From: Proteromonas lacertae
Taxonomy: Eukaryota
Direction of reading: 5' to 3'
DNA: 64,000 nt
NCBI GenBank assembly: GCA_002245135.1
Contig: NGBS01001168.1
Coordinates: forward strand, 62,001-126,000
How positions within the stretch are numbered: the stretch's first letter is position 1; each line of letters opens with the position of its first letter. The translations under genes and the position numbers were made by a program. Below the pieces are notes generated by a model. That model saw only the letters and a list, made by a program, of their open reading frames with translations. It made no database searches and had not been told where the DNA came from. Of this stretch, positions 1 through 13,694 are shown one piece after another.

Positions 1-789
1 ATATCAAATTTTTATTCAAGAAATCAAAATATAAGAAAAATCATAAATGACAGTTTTCTAGCATTATTTATCCAATTTTTTAGACTTCGAGCTTAAGCTT
101 GATCCAGGATTTATGTTAATAATCAAACTAAGTGGAAAACTATTCGTTTCAAAATATGATCATAGTTCTCCTACTCATCAACTGTTTAAGAAATATATGA
201 TTATGTTTATAAGAGTATAATATTTAATTTATCTTCTTAGCATCCATCTTTTGAGACTTTTTCAGTTGAATATCAAACAATAATAAATGAACTAATAGAT
301 GAAGATGATTCACTACTATCTGAAATAATAAATACAATATCCAAATATTGGCCATCTTCCAACACATACAAAGAAGAAGTATTTATAGAATTATTATATA
401 CAATAATGCCAAATCGAACAGTGATGATGAATAAGAAAGATTTGCATAAGTTCATTCAGTTAGTAGAGAGAATAATGAATGAAGGCAAACCGAGAATAAT
501 TCATTGCGTGTTTGAACTTTGTAAAGATAAAGATATGATTTGCTATTTCCAAGAAAATAATAATGATTTAAAGATATTGTTGGAAAGAATTAGAGATGGT
601 AAAAAATACAAATTGGAATAGAGATATTAGGAAAGATTGTTGTTCTTTACTTGATATTTTGAAATTAGAAATATTTTGATGTATTGTCTTTTAATAATTA
701 ATTAATATATATATATATATTGTATTTTGTTATTTGTTTATAAAAGAAATAAAAATGTATATCAATCAATGGTTTTAATAATAATTGAT

Positions 790-3700
790 TTAGATGAGAA
801 TTACCATTATCATACAAATCAATAAAGCCATTGATATTTCAATAATACTGCCCTCATCTTCTAATCCTCCTGTTGGTTTAATTGTAACACTTGGAGATTC
901 TGTTGTATCTTTACTTGGTTCATTTTTCATTGAATTAAGAACATCTTCTAACACTTTATTAAACTGAATATCCAGATTAGATAGTAGCTTTTGTTTTATT
1001 TCTCCAAACTCACTAATAAACGGATATCTTCCTTTATTAATCCAATTATGATAGACGTGTTTGAATGTCATACAATAATCTGTATTAGGTAAAGTATAAA
1101 CATGAAAATCAAAATCATAATAAGAATCAAAATAACCCACATTTATCATCTCAGTAGCATTTTGAATAAATATAATCTCTATTCCTTTAAAAGAAGGATC
1201 ACTTCCATTTATTAACATAATCATTCCTTCATTTATTTTCAATAGATTGTAGATAAGATTTTCTTTTTCCTTCTTTAAATATGTATCATATGATTTATCT
1301 AATGATACTGCTCTTGTATTCTTTGTTATTATTGACATTTCATCCTGCAATTTTGATAATTCTCTTTCTTGTAATGGTATAATTAAAAACACATTCTCAT
1401 TCTTTGTTATATTTATTCTTTTATTATCTATATTAATATCAATATTTGCATCAACTAAATCATTCAAATAAACATCAATTTCTTCTTTATTATTACAACT
1501 GTCAAATTGATCTTTAAATGTTTTCTTTGAATTTGGACAATCTTCATCACCACTACATGGTAATTCTATTTCACTCAATTCACAATCAAAATCATTAATA
1601 TTTAAACTCTGTTTCTTACTAATATCATAAACTAACTTAATCTGATATCTTCTATCTTTGGTATATGAATTTGATTTTTCATATTGATATATGATAGTGA
1701 ATTGATTCGAAGTAATGAAATATCCTCTGTAATGATCATAACGATTATCATTTTTATCATAATAATTGTTACATTCACTGCAGTAATACTCATAATAATA
1801 ACTTTTTCCTTCTTCTTTCCTTAATTTCATTGCTTCTATTCTTTTATTCTCTTCTATTGATTTTACTTCACCATTTGTAATAGAATTTAATTGCTCTTCA
1901 ATTTCTGTCTTTGTTTGTTGTGCCAATGTGGGATAGTCTGCTTTAAATTGTTCAATAACTTCATCTGGCTCTATTCAAATATATGTATATAATTTATATT
2001 ATACTTGTCACCTTGTAACATTCATTAATTAAATATTCACTATCGAAAAATGTATAATCTTCAACACCCTCATAACATATTCTTGAATCATTTTCTACCA
2101 AATGAAATAATCTTATTTTGCCAAGTTCATATTTTATACTACCATCAATAGGATTAAAAGAGTAGTTGTATAACACATAACCATAGATTTTATCAAAATC
2201 ACCATTTGATAAAATTACTTCAAATATTGACGAATTTGTCTGAAGAATATATCCTTTTCCCAATTCAAATTCAGCTTTATGCCAACTCCATATTTCATAT
2301 TGCTTAATTGGATAGTCCTTTATACGTGGATGATCAATTTTGTAATGAATATCAGCATTACTTATTTCATATAATGAATAGCCTTCACTATATAAATTTT
2401 CATAATACAATCTATTATTCTCTATGTAACTTGGGATTTTTATATCTCTCTTTTTATCCTCGAATATTGTTTGATATTCATCTGGACATTTTTCTTTTAT
2501 ATTTTTACAACTGTAAATCCCTGGATCAATTTGACATGTTATCTCATCACTACTGTATATGGTAATATAAGATTTATCTTCATCTATATCTCCTAACTTT
2601 ATAATCGTCTTTTTTCCTTCTTTTGTTGATGTATAGGAATACACAATTCTATAATTATTACCACCATAAGGAAATAAAAGTATTTTATCATTTGATATTA
2701 ATGCTGATCTACCATCAGTAACACCATTTCCTTTATATAATTCATCATAATTATCTTTTGTATTAAACTCTATATCTTCATTTTTATCACCATCTCTTTT
2801 ACATTATTAATTAATTCCAATATTTTATTATAATTATTTTCTCTTGAAGATATGTATTTAGATTTTACATCTTTAATAACAGTAGATGTATCACTTTCAA
2901 AATCATATCCACTCAAATTGAAAAATTCAACTAATCCTTTAAAATACTTATCATCAATTCCTTCAACCATATGATTATTAAGAATATCTCTACAGTTAAT
3001 TTCAGCAGAATTTTCATTATAATTAAAACATTTTCCATTTGAATATAAATAGTTTCTATTGCCATATGTTTCTAATATTGTTTTATCTTTAGGAATTGGA
3101 GGGAATAAAACTGTAATTTTTGGAACAGTTACATCAAAGATTTCACAAGCTATTTATTAATAACAATATATTTATATACTTGTATTTTTAAGCGATATTC
3201 TTCTTGTTCCATATTCTTTGTAGGTAATTGTCTTATCATCTGATGAAAATGAAAAATTACCCATATTCAAATAATGATTTATATCACTTTTCAATTTTTG
3301 ATTATTATCAATATCGCAATTTCCATAATACTCTTCAAATGACATTCTTGACTCATTGTAAAATATTTCTATTTGACTTTCTTTACAGTTCATATTCTTC
3401 AATGATATTGATGCTAATTAAATAATATACAATCTATATAATATATACATGGATCAGTAAAGGGAATAATAATTTTGAATTGTTGTCTGTTTGATCCATA
3501 ATATGTAAAAATCAACGTAAACGCATTTTCATTCACAAAATATCCTTCATATTTTTCATAAAATTCATTTTCCAAATTTTCAATATAGTAACACTCTTTA
3601 TTTGCAAATTCTTTTTTCTCCATCATCTCTTTACTATTTCCCATCAAACTTCTTTTTGATGACGTAATGATTTTATCATAATTATCATCAAAAGATGTGG

Positions 3701-4758
3701 ATAGTTGATTGTAAACACTTTTAAACTTTTCTATTAATTCAGTTTTACTCATTGTATATACACATTCATTAACATAAAAATCGCTCCAAATATCATTCAT
3801 ATCATCACCTAAGGTTGAATAGCATATTCTATCATCATCTTTATTCAACTTAACATACACTACACCATTATAATTTTCACTTTTTGGATATACTAAAATA
3901 TCATATGAGTCTGAAGTTTTTATTGTTAATTCTACATCTTCATTAATCACAAATTCATATGTGTCATTATCTATAGATTGTTGTATATATCCATTCGAAT
4001 GTGGTGTATGAAACCAATGATTGTAATATTTAAAGAATTCACCACTCCAAGAACAAGAATAAAATAAGATTTGACTTGGTTTTGGTTGATATATGTATAA
4101 TTCTGAATTTATTTTATATGTAATATCATCAATACCTATACAATAATAATATCAAAATAATACTGTTTTTACTATAATAGTAATCATAATAATCACATTA
4201 CCATAACTGGCTTTGTGCATAATATCCATTTCACTATCAATATAACTGCTAAGAGAGATATGCACTATTCTGGCATCGATTAAATAGCTTGTAGATATAC
4301 ACAACTATTTTGAATTTCACTATTTATTTATATAATTCATTATATATAATATACTTAATTTTGTATTTTCTATTCTCAGCTACACAACCTTCCATTGTGT
4401 TTATATAATCCATAGAATCTGAAGTAAAGTCAATATAAGATTTTTCTTCGTCTAAGGTATAACCTGTAATATTTAAAGTGGTAGGGGATGATATAGTTGT
4501 AATAGAGTAGAATAATTTCATCATATAGGTGATTTTATAATCATTGTAAGAAACTTCTTTTTCTTTGTAACTTCTGTATATTGCACACAATGTATTACCT
4601 TTTAATAAGTAAATAAAGCCATATGTTTCACATACAATACCATACTTCTCTAAATCAATCAAATCTTTCTCAGACTTCTCACTTTTAGCTTCAACACCTC
4701 CACAACAGCATGAATTCATCACAATGAACCAAATAAAAAATATTAAAGTAATGTTCAT
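790..4758 (-). CDS. Large multi-exon predicted surface/secreted protein with an internally duplicated domain; apparent single-base frameshifts
   Basis: ORFs 4324-4758, 3414-3950, 3172-3402, 1994-2644 and 790-1926 are joined by short GT-AG introns. It has a hydrophobic N-terminus (MNITLIFFIWFIV) and a hydrophobic C-terminus (ISMALLICMIMVILI) after an S/T/P spacer. Frames shift near 2800 and 4200-4290. Confidence 0.55.
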
Positions 4759-5588
4759 TCTTTAAGATCACTTTATCAACGATTTAAAACGAGTTTAAAA
4801 AAGTTAACTAAATATAAACTGATAATATACTCATAATGACTAATTACTATTACATATAATAAGGTGATATTAAGATATACAGCAGCTTCAGCATAGTATT
4901 GAGTGATGTAATTGTTGTAATTTTGATTGTACATAAATTAAGGTATTTTCTTGAATGTTTTAAACATTATTCATATATATATAGTGTGTTTAATCGCATC
5001 CTTCACCATAAAGTGATTTGCTTAATAAATTTACTCACAGAATTGATTTATTTGTCATGTGATGGTTTAAAATTATACTTTTAACTATCCATTCGAAATA
5101 AATTCTATACAACCATTTTCAATTATTCACTTTATCAACCCCCCAAAATCACAAAAAAAAAGTGTAGAATAATATAACAAACAACCAGTTTTAGAATTCT
5201 TCACATTTTGCAATCTTTATTTCCTTCATATATAAAGCTCTTCAGATAAAAAAAGTGAATGTAATTATTTATGTAATTTACACGAAAAATGTAATTTAAC
5301 TTTTTTTGTTGATAAAAGAAATTTATAAAGATAATACAGTTTTCTATGTGCTATTTGATGAAAGTAAGTAATATAAATAAAGTTTAAGAAATACATACAA
5401 TATTTATATTATGGGTATTAATGGCTCAACATAAATAACAATAACATAAATAATGATTATATATGATTATATAGTTCATTTATTTGTGAGTTATTTTGTA
5501 TGTAAAATCCTAACAAAACGAATATAATTTATTAATTAATTATTGGTCAAAGTTATAAAAATTATTCTTCGAAATACTGATAGAAACA

Positions 5589-6458
5589 ATGTCATTATGC
5601 GAAAGCTTACCATCAGAAAGCGATACTGATGATGGAAATTTAGGTTTGCCAAGTTTAGAGGATGAAATGAACTATAATCCATACTTTAGTGAGGTGTCTT
5701 ACGTTTATTTTTTTGGAAATGATAATATAGAAAGGTATAATGCAGATATTATTGATATTGAGGGTAGTGAATGCGGTCTACATAAATGTGACAATTCGAC
5801 TGATTTACAGAACCAAACAGAAGAAATTCCATGTAATTCCCTTGACAGCAACGCAAATATGCTTACAACATATATTAGCAATGCAAGTGAGTTGAAATAT
5901 GAAGATAGAATGTTATACTATAAAATTAATCAGAAACAAATACAACAAAACGAATTGCCATCTTTACCAGAATCATCCTTCGAAAGAAAAATAAAACGCA
6001 AATTAGAAACAAATGAATCACAATCTAAGATAAAGAAGTACAAGACATGTAAGAGTATAAATAGTAGATATAAATGTGGAGAAAGAATAGATAAAAAAAT
6101 GGAATTATCTGATGAAGATATAGAAGAATTTAAGAAATTAGAAAATACAAAACTGAAATGTAGTTGTTGTGGAAAGAATAAGAGTATTACCAAAATATTT
6201 AAAGTTGATGATTTTGATATATGTTGTGAAGAATGTGTAAAAGAAAGAAAAATTGATTTGATTCGATTGAAATCTGATATATTTGAAGATTATAATTATG
6301 ATGGACAAATGTTGTATAAATGCTGTAGATTAGAACACGCTAGACCTTTATCTCATTATACAAAGTATAGTAAGAGAAACAAATCTTATAGAGTTGTAAC
6401 AAATTGTTGTTATTGTCGACTCTACAAATCTCAAGAAAATGAACTTAAGAAAAAATAG
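5589..6458 (+). CDS. Hypothetical Cys-rich Zn-finger-like protein
   Basis: Intronless 289-aa ORF with acidic N-terminus and CSCCG...CCEEC and C-terminal CC..H..CCYC clusters. Confidence 0.65.
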   Translation: MSLCESLPSESDTDDGNLGLPSLEDEMNYNPYFSEVSYVYFFGNDNIERYNADIIDIEGSECGLHKCDNSTDLQNQTEEIPCNSLDSNANMLTTYISNASELKYEDRMLYYKINQKQIQQNELPSLPESSFERKIKRKLETNESQSKIKKYKTCKSINSRYKCGERIDKKMELSDEDIEEFKKLENTKLKCSCCGKNKSITKIFKVDDFDICCEECVKERKIDLIRLKSDIFEDYNYDGQMLYKCCRLEHARPLSHYTKYSKRNKSYRVVTNCCYCRLYKSQENELKKK

Positions 6459-6832
6459 AATATCTTAACGCTCTTCTTACGAATTAAATAGTATGTTATA
6501 TATATAAAATGAATTATATAAACGCTATTAAGCAATATTTTTATATATTTTTGTTGTTGGTGTTAATGACAGTTTAGGTGTATAATTTAAAACATGTGAT
6601 AAGAAATAATAAATTCTTACGCTTATGAATTATGTTTGGTGGGATTAATTTATTATCATAACTGTGTATATAACTGCTATTATAACTATCTGCTAATATT
6701 ATAATATTATTCATATATATAAGAATATATGACTACTTCCAATTATTTTTGTAATAGATGAAATAATTGGATGTTATTTAAGTTATTTTTATAATCAAAA
6801 ATCTCAAGATTGCAATATCGTCTAAGTATAAT

Positions 6833-7156
6833 ATGTGTGTAGAAAACAATGTTAGCTATACAAATAGATTATTACACTTATACATTACAAACGAAAACAA
6901 TCAAATAGAAAGGAATAACCATACATTTGTGAGAGTAGAAGGGATTCTAGATAATGATGCAAAAACGTTGTTTGATTTGTTCAGTCTAGTAAATAATTTG
7001 CATTCTATTAAGATTGAGAGAGATATAAACGGGAAATATGCTTTAATAGAATATTATTCTCGAGAATCAGCAATTAAAGCTTTAAATAAATTTAATGCAA
7101 AACAAATGAAATATAATGGAAGATACAGTGAGATTTTAAAGGTTAATATATTGTGA
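6833..7156 (+). CDS. Small single-RRM protein
   Basis: RNP2-like VRVEGI and RNP1-like KYALIEY followed by SAIKALNKFN, a typical RRM pattern. Confidence 0.6.
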   Translation: MCVENNVSYTNRLLHLYITNENNQIERNNHTFVRVEGILDNDAKTLFDLFSLVNNLHSIKIERDINGKYALIEYYSRESAIKALNKFNAKQMKYNGRYSEILKVNIL

Positions 7157-7356
7157 TAATTCTAAACTACCATTACTTTTGTATCTGTTTGTATGTTTGA
7201 TGTTGTTCTACATAATATACATTTTATACTATTGATATACACACTATAAATCATTAAATACAAAAAATTCCAAAATACTTTTTGAAACCCCCATTTTATA
7301 TTTTGATAAACCTATTTTAGAGATTTACATACAAAAGAATTTTTCATCAAAAATCA

Positions 7357-7583
7357 ATGAGTGTTGAAGAATATAGAAGATTAAATAGTGAAACATTACA
7401 ATGTAGTTGTTGTGGAAGAGATTGTAGTATAATAAAAGCGTTAAAAGTTAATAATTCTTTTATGTGTGCAGAATGTGTTGTAAGAAATGAAATACTAATG
7501 CACATGTTGCATGATTTTTTTTTGATGAAAGTACTTCTACTGAAGAAGAAGACATTCACCACATGAGAAGGTTAAGTAATTAA
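7357..7583 (+). pseudogene. Short paralogue of the 5589-6458 Zn-finger segment, frameshifted in a T run (pseudogene or assembly error)
   Basis: EEYRRLNSETLQCSCCGRDCSIIK..CAECV matches EEFKKLENTKLKCSCCGKNKSITK..CEECV. A shift at the T run near 7515-7523 gives DESTSTEEEDIHHMRRLSN*. Confidence 0.5.
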
Positions 7584-7634
7584 ACCAAAACATGTGAATT
7601 ACACTAAAACTATGATTAAAAATAAAATGACAAA

Positions 7635-9305
7635 TTATGCAACATCACTCTTACCAGGAGTAATGGTATTAGCACCTCCACTAGAGACAAACCCTCTTTT
7701 ACCATACTTATCTAAAGGATAAATTTTCAATCTAAATCTCAATCTTTCATTTAGATTCTTCACTTTATCCATTTCTTTATTCAAACTGGTTATTGCCTTT
7801 TTATTCTTTTCTATTATGTCGTGTTGTTCAGTAATTGTGTTTTTCATTTCATTATATTTAAATCTCATGTATTCTATCAGTTCTATAGGAGTTATTTCTT
7901 CTTTTAAATTATAATCATTTTTCATATCTTTTTCTAGTATTTCTTTTATTAACGATTCTATCTCCAAATATTTCGTATTATCATGTTTGGTTATAATATA
8001 ATCAAATAAAGTGAATAATGAAGATATTGTTGCTTCAGGGCCATTTGGAGGATTATTCTATACATCAATATAAATATAAATATAGTATTATTATACTTGT
8101 AGATATATTGAAGTAGATGATGAAACTTTATCATACAATTCACTTAAAGAATCATCAATATTATTAATCGCTTCTTTTAATCTTTTAATCTCTTCAAATT
8201 GGCGAAGATTCTTCATATCCATTGATTGCATTTCATTGGCTCTTTGTTCATTATAAATTGTATTATTTTTGATTTGTTCTTGTAATTGATTGATTGTTCT
8301 TTCAAGTTGATTTTTAGTGGTGATAAATTTCATTTCTCTATTTTCTACTTCATTTTCTTTTCTTTTAATAACAGCTTTATATTATCAGCATCTTCTTTTA
8401 ATGATTTTAGTTTTATTACTACATCTTCTGGTGTTTTTAAATCAAAATGATTCTGTAATTCATTAAATAATGGGACTAGATTGTGATAAATCTAATCAAT
8501 AACAATAAAAATAATAATAAATATACTTTCATTTGATTTTGTGTATGAATATCTCTATTTGTTGATAATTCTATTTGTTTTTGTAATAAATTAATTGCAT
8601 ATCTTAAATTCTCATTTTCTTCTTTTACTGTTTTTAAATCACTATTACTAATAATTAAGTCATGTTTTAATATCTTTATTTCTCTCTGTAATTCTACTAC
8701 TTCTGACTTTATTTGATGCTTTTCATTGTTTATTTCACATTTCATTGCTTGACGAGCGTATTCTACAACACCTGGAAGATCTTTTGGACGAACTAATAGA
8801 AGAATAATTATCACTGTTATTATTAATACATGAATATTGTGGATTTGGTTCTTCTAAATATAAATCTTCAGCTATTCAATAACAATAATTACTATAAATA
8901 ATATACGCGGAACATCACATGGATATACTGCATTGCTTTCAAACACTCTAAATATAGAATAAATCAGATGTTACTAATACTCTGACGGTTTATAATTAAA
9001 TAAATAATCATCTGATAGTTCTTCTATTTAGTAATTATATTTTAGAGTAATTTATACTAACAGGGTTTGATGAACCGATAGTAACTGGTGCTTTACGAGC
9101 AGATGAACATTTCATGAAAGGAGCACTATATGCTCTTACTAACTTCTTTGGTCTTAGAATTGAATCCTCAGCTGCAAAAGGAGCTGGATTTCTTCCCAAA
9201 ACAATTCCGGAGGATGAAGGCTTTATAATTCGTATGGTTTTACCTAAAAAATAGTATGGATGTATTAATACGCCTGTTCTGTTTCTTCGTTGTGCTAGAA
9301 TACAT
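7635..9305 (-). CDS. Multi-exon coiled-coil protein of unknown function
   Basis: ATG at 9305, several short GT-AG introns and heptad-rich exons (8091-8333, 8476-8814, 7635-7967). One apparent missing A near 8380. Confidence 0.55.
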
Positions 9306-9354
9306 AAAACAGAAAATATTTTTGAATAAAAAACGAATTTATTATTGAAACAGA

Positions 9355-10158
9355 ATGAAATTTGTCATTTATTCAGCGATATACCAAGGGTATGTTTTTT
9401 TAAGTAACTAATTTAGAGATAAATATCTTGTTGGAGATCAAATACCTGGATATAATCACGGAAATAATAATTACCAACAAATTGTAACAAAATTATTCGA
9501 TAGATACCCAATCAAAATAACTAAAACTACATTTAAATACGAAGAGTATACTTTTCATGAATAACAAAATCATAGTACTTACGAATTTCATTGTTTTAAA
9601 AAGGGTTTGTTCATATATTTATGTATATCAGAAGCAGATTTTCCAAAAAGACAGTCATATGTATGATCTTTGAAAGAATAACATATTTGTAGAAAATGTT
9701 AGATGAAGTAGCCACAACTTTTGAAAATTCATTTCCCAATCTTTCTACAACTGTATCATCCACAAATTCAACACAATATGATAGTTTCAATATGGAATTG
9801 AGAAAAATTATGAAAAAATTCAATGATCCTTCCTCTGATCCTTTAAGCGCAGCATTAGACAAAGCAGATGAAGTAAAAGGAATAATGTGTGATAATATCG
9901 ACCAGATAATGAGAAATCAGGAACAATTGAGTGTAATAGATACAAAGAGTATGACCCTTCTAAATTCATCAGAAATATCATTTTATTTTATTTTATTTAT
10001 ATATATGTTTATCTTTAATGAAATTGTAACAATTCAATAATAATGCAGGTACTTTGAAGGCATTATTATATGCTAAAAGAATGAAATTAATGATTGCTGC
10101 TGCTGGTATTGGTATTGGTATTGCAGTAGTACTTTTCTTCATATTTGTTGTATTTTAA
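9355..10158 (+). CDS. VAMP7: Longin R-SNARE (VAMP7-like)
   Basis: N-terminal longin-like exons, R-SNARE motif VKGIMCDNIDQIMRNQEQLSVIDTKS and C-terminal TM (IAAAGIGIGIAVVLFFIFVVF*). Two GT-AG introns plus one AT-AA intron. Confidence 0.85.
9975..10029 (+). other. U12-type intron, AT-AA (55 nt), in VAMP7
   Basis: ATATCATTTT...ATCTTTAAT-GAAATTGTAA. Removal gives SSE|QFNNNAGTLK in frame with the TM exon. Confidence 0.75.
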
Positions 10159-10283
10159 TCAAATTCAATTTTTCTTCCCAATATAATAACATCTAACGAA
10201 AAAGAAAACTTTTTATTATTATTATTATTAGTAATTATTTGTAATTTACATTTATATATTTGTTTCTATCAATCTAAGTATAA

Positions 10284-11271
10284 TTAACAGAATAAATCTG
10301 CAGGGCCTTCTTTATCGTTATTCATCATAAATAGATAGTTGCTAGTACCACCATCAGGAAATGCACCACTGCCTGTTGAAGATGTCCCATAAGTTCTTGC
10401 CATTGGGTTTAATTCACTTAATATTTCTCTATCTCTTCGTTCCAATATATCTCCATTATGATATAGCAATTTAATACTTTGTGAGGAATGTAAGTAGACT
10501 GTGTGATAGAGATTTCCATTTTTGGGATGATTATATTTTAATACTGTTTCTATATATAATAATAATAATAATAATATACCATTACCACAAGTTGCTGCAA
10601 GAAATTGTGGTTCTATTAATTTTTGGTTTGTTAAATCAGATCTAGTCAAAAAACAATTAGGATCTTGTTTCTATTATCATCATAATTATTAATATTATTA
10701 TTATACTATTTTTAATATCATTGTATTTAAATTAGCCATTTCTTCATCAATCTTTTCTAGACTTTTTCTCACTCTTTCGCTTTCTGCTGTTATTTCTGAC
10801 TGATCACCTCGTAACGATACACCTCTACAATATAATTAAAAAAATATATGTTTATATATATACTTCCACACAACTGAACCTTTATTTTGTTTTAATTTTT
10901 CTAAAAGACCTATCCCTTCCAGTACATTTGTCACATCGTATAAACGACGTTTCTGTATATTAAGCTTCTGGGCTGCTTCTGTTATATCTATTTGTGAACA
11001 TGTCTATTTTTAAGTATATTATAGTCTAATGGTACTTTAAATAAATCTATGAATTCTGATGCTAATGTTGATAGACTTGCTGCTTTTCTATTTCCATTTG
11101 AATCTAGTTGTTCTCTAATTTGATAAATTAAAGTTCATACGGGTAATCAGGTGATTGAGTAGATACTTTTGGTTTTTTCTAATTTATTAAATAAAGTCAA
11201 GATGATACTGCTGCAGGTTCCTCCAAAGTGGATCGTCTTCTGGTCATAGTGGTGGATTTATGTGAACTCAT
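10284..11271 (-). CDS. E2F: E2F-family transcription factor
   Basis: Spliced reading gives RKAASLSTLASEFIDLFK...IDITEAAQKLNIQKRRLYDVTNVLEGIGLLEK, the E2F DNA-binding signature. Several ~30-nt GT-AG introns. Confidence 0.9.
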
Positions 11272-11438
11272 TGATTATTTGTATTAGTTTAAAATGATAC
11301 GCTATTTAAATAAAGGATCTGGTTGGATAGTTGATAAAAAAATAATTCAAATGAGAATTTCAAGCTACAGTCAAGCCTCCAACAGTTTTTTTCTTTTTTT
11401 ATTAAGTTTTATTCAACATATAGAAGGTATCGGATTAT

Positions 11439-13535
11439 ATGGCGTTAAAATTAGTATACTATTTCTTATATATTTATATTTAGGAAGAAAATCCTTTAGA
11501 AATAATTGATAAACATTTCAAAACTCTTCCTTTTTTTAAGGTATTTAATTAAATAATGATTGTAATATTATGAATAGTATTTTTCAAGTGAAAAAATATC
11601 GAAAATTATTTCATGTTTAAAAATAGAGACAATTAGTCCAGAACAAATTATTTTTCATAAAGGTATATTGTGAAATGTATTATATACTTATAATAGGATG
11701 TTTATATGATAGAATGATTATCCTATATGATGGTATGGTTGAAGTAAAAGATGGAAATTTAACATATTTTACTGGTTTATTAATTCAAGGAACATATGTG
11801 TTCTTAAGAGAGAAAAATGAAAAAGAAGTATATCCGATGACAATAAGCAGTATAAAAGAATGCACAATATACAGTTGTCCAATGTCATTATTAACAGAAT
11901 TAAAACAAGAAATAGAAAGAGAGTTAGAAGAGAATAAAAAGAAATCTATTTATTTATTCTTATCAATACATAAAATGTTTCGTGCTTGTAGTGAAGATGA
12001 ATTATCATATTATTGTACATTTATAGAAGAGAAAAATATAAAAAGTGATACTTTGATTATTGAACAAGATAGAATAACAGATGGAGTATATGTTATTGTA
12101 TCAGGTAAATGTGAGATTCTATATGACAGTTCTGATGGAGGAAGTATATTATTATATTGTTGTTATTATATTAATAGTGTGTAATAAAAATGAAATTATT
12201 GCTACTGTATCTGATGGAACTGTTCTTGGTGCAATGAATGTATTGAAATTATTACAGTTAACTGGAATAAAAACTGATTATGAATTAATACATGATAGAT
12301 ATAAAGAACCACATTTTTACACTGCTAGAACAGTGACACCATGTATTGTTGGTTTTATTAAAGATAAAGATTTTGTTTTAAACATTAGTAATGATGTTTT
12401 TAAAAGAATGGATAGAATTATCAAAAATGATTATAAATGGGTAGAAAGCTGTAAAAATGTAGAAGTAAAAAGTTCATTATGTAGTGATAAACCTGAAATA
12501 GATAGAGTATTCAAAGTTAAGCCAGTTAAACATTATGTTAGATTAGATAAAATAGGAAGAAGTAAATCTGTGAATGAGAATATATTAAGAGAGAATAGTG
12601 AATTGATGAAAGAGAATAGTAATATTCGTAATTTAGTTACTCCACCAGTCGATAATAATTACGGTATAACATGTGAAACAAAAGATAATAAGAAGCAACC
12701 AAATTTGCATGAATGGGATGAAGAAGCTGAAGTGACATATAGCAAAACTGAGAAAGAAAAATGTAATGAACTTCCAAGATTTGGTAAACAATATAAGACA
12801 CTATTACCAGATGATTCAATGGTTGATACTCCCTGGTTGCATCATTTAAGTAGGTATAATTTACCATGGGTATCTCCATTTATGTTTAATGTTAAAAGAC
12901 CACCAGTATATTTTAATATTTTTTATTTATAATTATGATGAAATAGAAACAAAGAGGAGCAATTCGATTGAGTAGTATTCCTAAAAGATATAGAATTGAT
13001 ATGATATTTGATCTTTTTAAATCCTTTTTTGTATATTTCTATTATTATTATATATTATTATGATATAATAGCCTGAAGAGTTATTAACATATAGTGACTA
13101 TTGGGATTTAAAACCAATTTATAATGTCAATGATAGAAGTGAAATTGTTACATTATATATCATCTGTAGAAATGAAAAAGAAAGTCAACAACTCTACAAT
13201 TATCATATTAGAAATAAACTAAAGTTTGAAAGGACTAGTTTAGTTATAAAATTATGTGATCCAGTAGATGCTAAGCATGAATATGATGAGTATAAGAAGA
13301 AAGTAAATGCAATACTAAAGAAAGAAAGAAAAATGAAAGCTAAACCACATTTACCTCCTACTAATATTCATTTTAGTATATATTTATTTAATGTTTTTAT
13401 TTTATAGAGAGTTATGCTGATAGATACAAAGCTCTGCATGGAAGGAAAGTGTATTGTAGAAATTACATTCAATTGTGTGCTGGAGTACCAATACCTGAGG
13501 ATATCGATGATAAAGATTTATATAATTTTAAGTAA
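11439..13535 (+). CDS. Tandem cyclic-nucleotide-binding-domain protein
   Basis: Two CNB-like domains (IFHK..YDRMIILYDGMVEV; IIEQDRITDGVYVIVSGKCEI..GTVLG..TARTVTPC) with about seven GT-AG introns. Confidence 0.7.
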
Positions 13536-13694
13536 GATGTTTTTTTTCGTCTAATTGTATTGTTTTTGTTTTTATTATAGAAGGACAGTTTATGTCAAAC
13601 TTTTGTTTGAAGAATTAAATTTGATTTATGAGAATGAATAACAGTTTAATTCATATTGTAGTCTTTCTACTTGCTTTAAATCAATGCTTGTGTG

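Noticed and set aside
1..621. Probable 3' exons of a + strand gene entering the window
   Set aside because: Coding-like, but no family could be recognised and the exon structure could not be fixed.
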